Positions 25,440 through 36,881 of a DNA stretch of 64,000 nt are shown in pieces (position 1 is the stretch's first letter; every line of letters begins with the position of its first letter). Source of the DNA: Lytechinus pictus (lineage: Eukaryota); the NCBI RefSeq assembly GCF_037042905.1, contig NC_087251.1, forward strand, positions 1,674,001-1,738,000, read 5' to 3'. Under the pieces are notes generated by a model. That model had not been told where the DNA came from. It did not search any database and was given only the letters and a program-made list of their open reading frames with translations. The position numbers were made by a program, and so were the translations under genes.

Positions 25440-27100
25440 TTGGACTTGCCTTTCAACTAGGTTTGTTGACTCAAACCCAGCAAATTTCTTTGCTTTTATT
25501 TGCCTCCTTTGTCTTGAAGGTCTTAGGAAATTATTAAAAGGGAGGGATGGTACAAACCCTCGACCACTTTGAAGTAGGTTGAAAGTCTTGCACATTTACT
25601 CCTTGATGCTAGCGTCGGCAGTTTAAGGTTTTCCAGCATCTTTGTCATACTACCAGGGTCTCTGGACCTGTAGATTTTCGTGATAAAGTGGGCTATTTGC
25701 ATTGGACTCTTTTGAGGGCATTGATGTCTTTAAGTAAGGATCCCATACAATGGCTCTGTACTCCATGAGAGATCTTAAAGCGCCCTGCAATTGACAAATC
25801 ATGGGGAAATTGAATCAATAATAAATTTGCAAAAGGCCAATTGACTTGTATAATATAATCCGTCCGTCATGAGCGCCCGTCAGACTAATGCGATAAAAGT
25901 TCGGACAGCAAAAATTTGACCGAACCCGTGATGGTTATTTACTTTGGGTCGTCGCAGTTCTAGTTTCCAACAATCCTAATTCCTAGACTCTTAGCAGGTC
26001 TCTTGATTGCTAAACCAAAATAAATAACCTCTGAATTTGTGAAGTCACATGTTTCAAAGTGAAAACACGCAGTTTACTTCTCCCTTGTAAAAAAGTACCA
26101 TACAGTACCATGGTATACTATGGTATTACCATAGTAATACTATGGTAATACCATAGTATACCATGGTACTGTATGGTACTTTTTTACAAGGGCTGGTTGG
26201 TTAGTCTACTAACTATTGCTATCCTATATTAGACCTCCCAGACATGCCAGCGTCTATTACATAACACCCCCAGGCATGCAGCCAAGTGAAAGACTTTAAT
26301 CCCTTCTCTGTTCTGAGATTGATTAGCCTTGATTTCCCCATGATTTGTCAATGTAAGGTTGCTTCAAAAGAGTAATATAGGCAGTTCTCTTGTAGTCTTC
26401 TGGGCAGAAGCTCTGGTTTTGCCTAAGGAGTGCTAGTACTGCACTTGCTTTACAAAACGTGTTGTCAACATGTGGCTCTAACTCCATATCTTGGGTAACT
26501 CCGAGGTAAGGATGCTCTGGTACATGCTTTACGATCTGACCTAGCAGCGCGTAGAAATGGGTTGACTTCGTGTTGACACTTTATATGTTGCATTTACTTG
26601 TGCTAAACATCATGCCCCATGTTTCAGACCACTCATCTAGTTTGTTGAGGTCATCTTGGAGTATCTGGTGATCTTATCAGCCGGTATAAAAGGCAATCAT
26701 CAGCAAATAAGCGTACTTGCGACTTGACGTAGGGTGGAAGGTCATCAATATGGCAGAGGAAGAGAAAAGGCCTGAGGACGGTGCCCTGCGGCATGCCTGA
26801 TGTGACAGGTACTGCTGTACATGTAGGTCGATGTCCGTCCACTACATTCAACATTTCTCTAGTGGTGAGAAATGTTTGCAGCCATTGATGTAGACGACAT
26901 TTGTTCCCGTAGCTGGCTAGTTTGTGGAGCAACTTGTTGTGAGGGACTGTATCAAAGGCCTTTGAAAAATTGAGAATCAATGGCCACATCAATTTGCCAC
27001 CTGTCATATGCTGATACGAGATCATGAACAGTCATGATAAGTTGAGTTATGGTTGAGTGACCCGATCTGAACCCATGATTTAGAGATGTAAGGATGAGAT
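25440..27100 (-). mobile_element. Degenerate LINE reverse-transcriptase fragment (CR1-like), interrupted at ~25780-26400
   Basis: ORF 26651-27025 contains [21 protein letters not shown] and [11 protein letters not shown]. Frameshifts and stops are present. Confidence 0.8.
26082..26192. mobile_element. 111-bp perfect palindromic EnSpm-like MITE
   Basis: Two perfect 55-bp inverted arms with a 1-nt centre, CCC...GGG ends and 2-bp TSD CT. Confidence 0.85.
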
Positions 27101-27689
27101 TTCAATCTAAACTCAAAATTCCTATGCTAACTCACTTTGATTACATTTATTTTCCAATATAGTCTACCTACAACATTATTTTTTATGAAAATATCTTGCC
27201 CAAATCACCGAAAGAACTTAGACAGCATAATTTTCCAGTAAATCAAGGCAAAGCGCAACCATTTTATCACGTTCTCTTTTTTTTTTTTTGGGGGGGGAAC
27301 AACACATGTCTCACTAGCTTGCGCTAGGCCTTGATATGGACAGCGCCATCTATCATGTTTGAGCCTACAGTCACCACAATGGCTGACTTTGCGAAGCTGC
27401 GATGCTCGTCGCGATGATCCAATTTTAAAACTTTCGAGTCATTCTTTTTCTTTCGAGGTATGCTCGATCATGTATACCTCAATCATTTCAGCAAAAAATT
27501 CTATAATTTGCCCTGCAGTGAATACTGTCAGTGTATGCCCACTACAATAGATTACGTGTAGCTATGACAGGGGAGGCAGCTGCGTGACTGTATTTAATAT
27601 TGGGTCTCCCAGATCCGGATAAATCCCTTATCCGAATTGGTGCTGGTCCCAACGTGTCCGGATAAGAGAAGTTGGACTGTATTCAGTTT

Positions 27690-28265
27690 CAATGCTAATG
27701 GCCACCAAACGGAGCACCCTTTTATTCTGATAATTCGATGGATTCACAATATGGTGTGCCACCTATCGGTTGCAGCTGACAGGCCAATTTCTAGCTTTGG
27801 GATCGATATCGCAGGCGCAGGCCAGGCACAGTGCTAGTGTAAGGTAATGTACATGTAACTGTGTGGGTAGGCCTATTTCTCTAAATTTTTAAGTTTGGCA
27901 GTGTGCAAATCATAGCATTCTGATGCTTCACAAATAAAAACTATGGCAAAAGTGGAGGAAGAATTCACCCAAATGGTCTAAATTTACCAAAGAATTTGCA
28001 GCTTTCTCTCCCACTTCTTGGACCCTGGTTGACAGTATACATGTATGCAAGCCGGGTGAACCGCAGGCAGGCCAGTGTATTATAATTACATGCATGCAGC
28101 GCGTGCAACAGAGATTAATAATATTTGTTGACTTTTGCCCATGAGGCATTGCGAGTTTCAGTCTATCCGCTGCAACTAATAGGTGGCACACCATATTGTG
28201 AAACCACCAAATTGTTGAAATTTTTGTCTGCTGGGTACTCAGTCATCAATCATAATAGCATCAAC
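27690..28265. mobile_element. Old MITE with degraded long TIRs
   Basis: TTCACAATATGGTGTGCCACCTAT (27743) is inverted at ATAGGTGGCACACCATATTGTGAA (to 28202). The outer boundaries are approximate. Confidence 0.55.
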
Positions 28266-30738
28266 TATATTTTGGTTGACTTTCATACCGAATACATGTA
28301 TGTGGTGTTAAAAATGCTCCTGGGATGTATCCTGATCAAATAAGCTGGTTCTCTAACAAATATGCCCCTTTTACCTAAGTTGTAAAACCATGCACTATAT
28401 TTGTATTCTTTATACATATTCCTTATTTTCTTGGTTATGATGATTTTCTTTAATGTTGCATTTATTCCTTTGAAACTTGATTATTGGTATGCCTCACAGG
28501 GAATAATTTTCCTTGCATCGCAATTTCTGCCACAAGAGACTGCTACACAAGGAATCTTTTGTGAAGCATATTTTTTTACTGTGCAAAATCTAATAAAAGC
28601 TTTTCTCTTTTGACCAAGAAAGGTAATCAATGTTGGTATTAAAGCAAAATTATTCCTTGGTTTCATGAGATACATACCCTGACTTACATGTACATCAGAT
28701 TATGCTTTGATGTACTATATCATGTATAATGAACTTTTCAAATTCTAAAAAAAAAGATACCATCTGTTGAATTCTATTGGTCAATATGTATTTCTTCTAG
28801 AAAAGGAGAGACCAAAATATAGACCATTAAAAGGGAAGACAAGGCATTCTGACTTCTTTTATTTTCCCAGTGCCTTCATTTTGACCAGATCACCACTGTC
28901 TATGAAATTGCCCCAATGTGCTTGACATGTACATGTACGTGTACTGCTAAATCCATGCAGCGCAGGAAATTCTCTAGGCCTACATGTATCAGTTTTATCC
29001 TCTAAATCACTATTCTAACAATTAGCTGTCTCAAGTGTGATTGTTTTGGGGGGCATTTCGGTGGAATTTCCAATTTTTCTAAACGAAATACATTTTGAAA
29101 TATCTAGAAGACCTCAGCAATCACATTACTAATCAACAAAGAAATAGACATCACTGTCACCAAAACTTTCAATCTGCGTTGAAGTCATCTGACTTGTGGC
29201 CGCTAAATCAGTCTTTTGGGTCATGTAGAATTCTCGGCAAGGCCATAAAACCCTGGCCTGCAGGTTCAAGGTAAGTTTATTTTACATGTTTACATGTTTG
29301 ATAATCTCAAATTATACAAGGTTTCAGTGATCTGTCGTAGGTACACATATGCTCTACCAGTTGTTTATAGGTTCATGGACCTGCAGTTTAGGTCCATGAT
29401 AGGCTGAGTGCATTCTATGCAAATGAGCAAAGTAACTCTACAGGCAGATTCCTTATCAGCTATATGTACATGTATATTGGAATGATCATCAGGTAGCTTG
29501 CTCTATCATTGTAAAACAATCACACACTGCTTAATTATTCGTTAACCAAGTGTAAGCAGTGCCAGAAAGATTCAGTAAAAAGATATGGACCTTTGTTTTT
29601 GCTTAATTTCAAATTCAGGTTTAAATGATGCCTTTCCAATAATATCCTGATAATTACACTGTACTTGGCAACCTTAAAAAATAAATGTAGTGTATGTGAT
29701 GTAATGGTTGATAATGAAAATCCATAATTGTAATGTGTAATGCTCAATACAAAGAGTAGAGTGCAATGATCTCATTTCTTCAGGCCTAAAATTTTCTAAA
29801 TTTGCAGGGCGAAACCACTGTTCAATAAGGTACATCGACATTCTTTGTCAGTGTTGTAAAAAAAAAAATAGGGCCAGAAATCTCAAAGAGCAAAGAGAGG
29901 TGCATTGACCAATAAACTTATTTACTGGAAGCTAGTTAAGTTGAAACTAGTTCAACGTGTAATGAGAACGGTCGAAGCGGTCTTGGAAGCAACCTCCCAA
30001 TCCGGTTCAGAAAACCACTTTGCGATGTAGTTTGAAGATCGCTTTGCCTCGTTAAACTGGTTTTAGCATAAGTGAGGACAGAACTGTTCTTCGGGAAGCG
30101 ATCCTCGCATATTTTGAGCATGCTACTCCACACACTGTATGTAGAATGCCTACGCTGCGGTTTTGAATTTCGCGCGAAACATGTCACCTTACTGAGAGCG
30201 TTCCCATAGCAGCAAGATCGTTTTTACGTGAAGTGATTTTGAAAACCACTTTCGGGAAATGGGAACGCTAGCAAAGCATTCTTTCAAACTGGTTTCCTGA
30301 ACCGGTTTCCAGTAAACTAGTTTTAGAAAGCATAATGAGAACGGGGTCTTAGATCAGAAAGCTACAAATGTTCACACTGAAGTCACAGCATAGATGGGAT
30401 AGTGTGTTTTTTATTGCTTGGAAAAGACCCAACATCTGTCTGAATGCATGTTTTCTACCAGAATCATTTGAGCTTTATTTATTGAATAAAGCTTTACATG
30501 TGTGTGACAGGGAATAATTTTGCTTTACAAATTTGAAGCATTTTTGGTCATAAGAAAAAAGCTCTTTAAAAAATTCTGACTACCTGCAGTGACAGTCTAA
30601 TTACTTATCAACATTATTAGATTCTATCAGTGCTCATTCATGGAATGACTCACTACAACGTCCATAGGAATTTGTGCCAAGATTATGAATTGGACTGTGA
30701 TGAAACTGTCTATTTCAACAATTAATATTCTTCCTATG

Positions 30739-32150
30739 CAGTCAGACTGCAGGTCCCAAGAAAGTGGCTTCTTTCATCCAAGTGATATTCATGACTTGAG
30801 ATGTTTTGCATATTTAATGAGCTTGATGCGGACCAAAACACCTCTTTTCATTCGGTCATTGCTGCTCTAATTGTGCATCGAATTTCATGAATTTGGTACC
30901 ATTGTAAAGAAGAAGAATCATTCTCTCAGGTCATGTGTTTTTTTTTTATTATTATTATTTTATTTGGCAGAATATCAAACAAGTCAAATACAATGATAAA
31001 AAATAATTGTTACAATAATACAGTAACACCAAAAAAATTTAACACTGGATTCACCTGGATGAGCTGCCAGGCATTGGGCAAAGTTAACCAAATAACTATA
31101 GTCCACGGACCGCCCTAACCCATACCCCATCCAGGTGAATCCACTGTAGTATTTTCATGCGAAAAAAACATAGCACAAAATTTCAGTCAAAGTTACATAA
31201 TATAACAAAATGTCCAATTACTCAGAATCAAAACATAAAATCATACAAACAAATAGGGTAATAATTTGGATTTATTCAAAGATTTTGTAATATAGGTTAA
31301 CATTTTGATCTAAAATATGCTACAAAATAAATATTTTCACCTGACAAAAGCTGCTATTTTCACACTTTATTTTTGTATGAGCCCAAATGATTTTATATCA
31401 TGATAAAGCTGAATATTTACATGCTTTGAAATTATATAGGTTTCAAAATAAGAATTGGTTTAATCGGGTCAAGATCACACTTTTCATTTGCTAAGTACAT
31501 AAAGCAGTTTGAAAACAAGAATACTGCACTCTGATTGGTCAAAGAGACCACGCAATGGCAAATTCCAACGGTCCCAGTGCCTGGGTTCGTGGGAAGGTCA
31601 CACTTCCCATGTGGTAATCTCCTCAAATACCCAGCGCCTGTAGTTCTGTGAACCTTATCCAGCCAATCAGAACTCTGGATTTCATGCAAGTACAAAATTT
31701 CAGAAATCTCGTCTTGTACCTTGGTGGGAAAAGTGTGATCTTGACCCGATTAAAAGGTACCTCATATCAAAAGTGGCATTGTAAGAAAGTACAGAAATTC
31801 AGCTTTATGGTGATATAGATATCATTGAGGCTCAAAATAAAAAGTTTTGCACAATTTGCAAAAGAAAACAGAGGAAGAAAATTCAGTTTTGAGGCACATT
31901 CTAAGGCTAGAAATTTACTTATTTAACAAAATATTGTATACAAAATAAATGACCAATATGAAAGAGTAACTTTTACTCTATCTGATGGTGCAATGATATT
32001 TCATTTAACTTGAGGTTAAAACAGGTAAATTCTTAGAGAAAGAAAATCTCACGAATCACGAGATTTTGCAAGGAGGAGGATTCAGCCACGAGATGATTTG
32101 GATGAATCTGGCCTTTTTGCTCATTAGCATAGGGACCTGCGGTCTGACTG
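30739..32150. mobile_element. Non-autonomous DNA transposon, CAG ends, 4-bp TSD (copy 1)
   Basis: TIR CAGTCAGACTGCAGGTCCC / GGGACCTGCGGTCTGACTG with TSD TATG. Highly similar to 46649-48649. Confidence 0.9.
30940..31265 (-). mobile_element. Short retroposed LINE-type 3' end inserted in copy 1
   Basis: Absent from copy 2. T/(TTA)-rich left end (A-rich tail on the minus strand) and a 15-bp stem GGATTCACCTGGATG / CATCCAGGTGAATCC. Confidence 0.65.
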
Positions 32151-34559
32151 TATGTATTCCATTGGCTTTATTAGACACTACACCATGTACATGTAGGTGC
32201 TATTTGTATAAACACAGTATGACAAAGTGCAAATCCCCTGCAATTTATCTGTTTCAGCAATTTGACCTTGTAGTATTAGTCATTGTGTAATTCAGAAGCA
32301 TTTTGCTGTTATGATGGCAATTGTAATGATGCAAAGTACAATTCAGGGTTGGCCTACATGTACGCTATGACACACTATGCTCATAGGATTGCAGTTCACA
32401 GTTAGCATCAAATGATAAGAGGATCATGCCATGGGTGGCTTGATGTATACAATTTTATGACAATTTTTTTTATACCGTTGAATGCATAAAGGTGAGGTGG
32501 CAGAGTTTTATTGGGTGGGCTAATATATGAATTATTATTTATTTAATGTAGAAATGTGCAATCATGTAGAGTCTAAAGTTTTATTACCAGTTCAGGCTCT
32601 TATAATTCTTTTCTGTATACTCCAGTGAGAATTGCACTTACACTGTACATGAATGGAAAACTTATCAACTACATGTAGTTAGTTTAGGAGTAAATCTCTA
32701 AAACCTTGCCTCAAGCCTCCAGTGATTCTTAATTTTTTTTTAAAACTCTTCTGAGCAAAAAAACTACTCAAATAGATTCTCTTTTATATCCTCTGCTCAG
32801 TTGTGGAATTTTATTGTGGTTCATAATAATCAATCATTTGAAATGCACAACTACATTTATTTAGCACCATTGTGAATGTAATCTGAGAATACTGGTATGC
32901 ATGAACTGAATTCACCATCATTAGCATTTCTTAAAGTAAGTTCATAACATTAGTCATAGATGACTCAAGCTCATGACCACAACACTTTCCTCATTCAAGT
33001 TAAGGTATCGTTGTATTGATAATCTGGCATGATGGCAAATAGGCAGTCGCATAAAAATCATTGCTACATGTAATGTACATTATGAGAAGGATCCTCGATC
33101 CCTCAATGTACCGGGAAGATGGAATTTTTCAGAAGTCCTTTTCCATAGAAATCATTTTTCACAGGCCTACATGTACATATTAGAACATGGAATAATTGTC
33201 CTGGTATCGCATTGATCACAAATTGTTTCACATGTTTTAAGCCTTCTAAGCAAAAGTTTTTGTGTTGCAGATTTGTACCTGTAGACCTACCAAACTTGTG
33301 TGAGAGACCAAAACTGCTAATCAAATTTGTATAAATCAAACTTATTCCCTGTGATTGGTGGGAAACTTTTACAAATCAGACCAAGCCAAATCAATTTTTT
33401 TTACGTAATAAAATTGCATTTCTTTAGTGCATGATACACAAAATTTCTAAGTGCTTAAATATACTATTCATTTATTGAGTATTCACACAGTGCAATCAAT
33501 TAAAGATACATGTATACTGTAAGTCACATGATCAATCACTAAATAGCTTTATGCTATGGGTTCCCAGTTGTCTTGTGACACAGATGGGAGAAATTGTTTA
33601 TACAAATTATTGTTGTTGAATGAATATCTGATTTACACTTTGCAAGCCTGATCATCTGTATGTCTGCTGTATACACTTAATATTTCTCAGTTTTAATTGT
33701 TGCAGATTTTATTGTTATACGAACAAATGGAAAATGTTTAAATTTTTGATTTGTACATACATGTACAGTAGATATTCTGGTACACAGAATGAAGGAAAAG
33801 GCTACAAATTTGTGAACAGTACATTTATTCTCTTGAAGCAAATTGTGAAATATTTTGTACAGTATGCAATAGAAGGCCTACAGTGTAAATGTACATGTTT
33901 ACAAAATGAAATTGAACTTAAATCTCATTTTGTATTAAAATTCATATTTCAGAGTGTACATGGTACACTCATTATCGATCAATTGCAGTTGTCCAGGAAA
34001 GTGTATCAGTTCTGATACAATAAACACACTCTGATTGCAGACTTGTACATACTGAGTACACGTTGGTAAAATAAGTGATGCCACCATGTGTTGTTATTTT
34101 CATTGATGGAGTATGATGATGAGTAGAAGACAGTTGTTGGATCATGCAGTGATATGCAGAGAATGCCAGACCTGGCTTTATGCCATCAATGTGTATGATG
34201 AGGATAGTAGCCGTTGGGTATTAAACAAATACCTCATTGATTATCTGTTGGTAAGATCCTGTGAATAATGAGGATGAGTTTGACAGAAACACCAACATAC
34301 TTTCACTGGAAAGGACTCATACAGTATATGTACCTGCAATCCTGCATACTTTATTGATTGTGGTGATCTGAATCCCTAATTAATTCATGCTATTTTTGCT
34401 CCATTTGTGCATGGAATAAATGTAACTGCTACAGCAGTGTACACTAATGTTCACGGTTTGGTTTGAGTTTTTAGTAATAGACTTTATGTTTTCATTAATG
34501 TTAACTGGGTTTCAGCAGACTTGAGACAATGTTTAATTATTCTTTGGTGTGTATACAAT

Positions 34560-34720
34560 CAACAGAGCCAAGTGGACAAGTCTCTGGGCTATGAACCACA
34601 AGGTTCGGGTTTTGAATTCCAATTCAGCACTTGCATCCCATGACAAGGTGTTTATCTACATTTACCACTCTCCACTTACATGTAGGTGTTACATGTGTGT
34701 ATAGTAAATTGGTACCAGAT
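34560..34720 (+). mobile_element. Degraded tRNA-derived SINE
   Basis: Decayed A/B boxes followed by CCACTCTCCAC...GGTGT...AAATTGGTACC, similar to the SINE at 46500-48735. Confidence 0.5.
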
Positions 34721-35774
34721 AGGAATATATTGATACATTGTATTGCATTGTATTGGCATCCTATCTGTGAAGTTCGGCAGCAAAGGTTGATGCTTCACTA
34801 TTCAAATGATGAGAGACATGTCTTAAAGGTGATGAAAGCTGAATCCGTTGGTCAATGTCAGTGGGCAGCTATCTAAAGGTGTGTTCACCCACAGTTCGTT
34901 CTAGCTCATGTAAGCTGTAACCTGACGGCCTGAATTAATATTGGGACATGCATGAATGTACATGGTAAAATTTATTGTGATCAGTTAGCAGCTGTAGATG
35001 TGTTCACACTACAGGCACAACAAGTTTCTTTAGTCAATGTGAATTTACTGATGAAATGAAAATGCAGCAGTCAATGTCAGTTCAGTTGTAGTTACAAGTC
35101 TTTTCCGAATGGCAGGAATTATAGCATACACTACCAGTCACAATTCTTCAAATGACTGAATAATAGACTTGTAGAATTACACTGTCTCATTTTATCCAGC
35201 CTTACAGTGTGTAGGCCTACTTTAAATTTTTAGTTTACCATTTTTTCCTTAATCTGTTTGGCATTTTGTTTGTTTGTATGGTTTTTTTTAAGCTATAAAG
35301 CCATCTTGTGTTAGTATTCACATTGCAAAGTAGGTCAACTATAAAGCATTTATGGACCAAGTAGTTTAGGATTTGACAGAAACTGATTTGATAATCAGTG
35401 CTTTTGAAGAAGCTTTGTTTCAATGTTGTAACACAACAAGGGAAAGGCACACGGTATACTATTGTAGAAAAGCTAACGTTTCTGCTTCTGCAGAGTGCAA
35501 GAATGTATACCGTGACCTGCATTTACATATAATACAAAACATTAATGAGATCCATCCATTGTGAACTTGCAGTTGTTGTATGACATCCAAACTCTTTCAT
35601 GAATTATGCATACATGTATGCATTATTCATGAGCACCTCATTCACCTACATGTAAGTTAAAAAGGTTAAAATACAATTTTCTTATCCAGGTAAATCAGCA
35701 TGGGTACGGTAACCACTTTTTTGAAACCCAGTCAATCTTCAGGATTTTCATTCAAAGGTGGAAATGGATATGAA

Positions 35775-36369
35775 AGGGGAATGAAACCTTTGGAACAAGA
35801 TAGCTTGTGTGAAAACAGAAAAATCAAAGAAACAGATCAACGAAAAAAAAATTTGAGAAAAATCAGACAAATAATGAGAAAGTTACATGTATGAGCATTT
35901 GAATATTGCGATCACTAATGCTATGGAGATCCTCACATTGGCAATGCAACAAAGATGTGTGATGTCACTTGTGAACAACTCTTCCCATTACTTTAGTATA
36001 TATTTCATTTAAATTGCCTCTTTTATCACATCTATCAGTAGATCATGTGTTCTTTCTATAGGAGAGCATGTAATACAGATTTTAAAAGAATACATCATGG
36101 ATAAAGAGTTTGTATCACCATAAGAAAAAGCAAAAAGAGACATTTTGGGGGTATTTTGTAGTCCATCAAAGGGAAAGTTGTTCACATGTGACATCACACA
36201 TCCTTGTTGCATTGCCAATGGGAGGATCTCCATGGCATTAGTGATTGCAATATTCAAATGCTCATAACTTCCTCATTATTTGTCCGATTTTTCTCAAACT
36301 TTCTTTGTTCTTATTCTTTGATTTTCTGTTTTGACACACGCCTACTTGTTCCAAAGGTTTCACTCCCCT
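35775..36369. mobile_element. Kolobok-like foldback MITE (copy 1)
   Basis: Long TIRs of about 200 bp: AGGGGAATGAAACCTTTGGAACAAG / CTTGTTCCAAAGGTTTCACTCCCCT. TGAA/TTAA flanks. Related to 63091-63673. Confidence 0.8.
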
Positions 36370-36881
36370 TTAAGTAGTATTGAAGAGATACTACATATAT
36401 ACAAATGACTCTAGTTATCTTTTTATTGAAGTTGAGAATTGCTTGGAGTCAGATAGGGACTATAAATCAAGTGCTATGGAGAAATAACATTTTATAATAT
36501 TCCACTTTATACAGCAATTCTAATATTTATTGGTAATTTTTTACACATATGACTTAGTGTTTTTCAGATGTACTATATTGCTTCTGGGGAGTATTGCACT
36601 CTTTGTAGACAGTGTGCAACTCTGCATACATGGTACTCATAATCAGACAGATGGTACAGGTGGCTTTTAAACAGGTTGACAGTTGTCCTAATAAATATAC
36701 ACACATTCTATGTAATTTATTTATTTGCTCTGTTAACTGATCCATTCTTCTGCCTCATAGTTTCTCTTTACGAATCATGAGAAATGGCTATTTGATTTGA
36801 CATCCATACCCAGACCAATCATGATGACCAGTCCATTTGTCTGACCTGAATCCATTCTATCTATCTCTCTGTACAGTCATA

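Noticed and set aside
29930..30350. Probable MITE fragment ending AATGAGAACGGGGTCT
   Set aside because: Only one terminus is recognisable and there is no TSD, so boundaries cannot be supported.
34113..34250. 46-codon ORF ending at a GTAAGA donor as a coding first exon of atlastin
   Set aside because: It is phase 0 whereas the 36877 acceptor needs phase 1; at most a UTR exon with a uORF.
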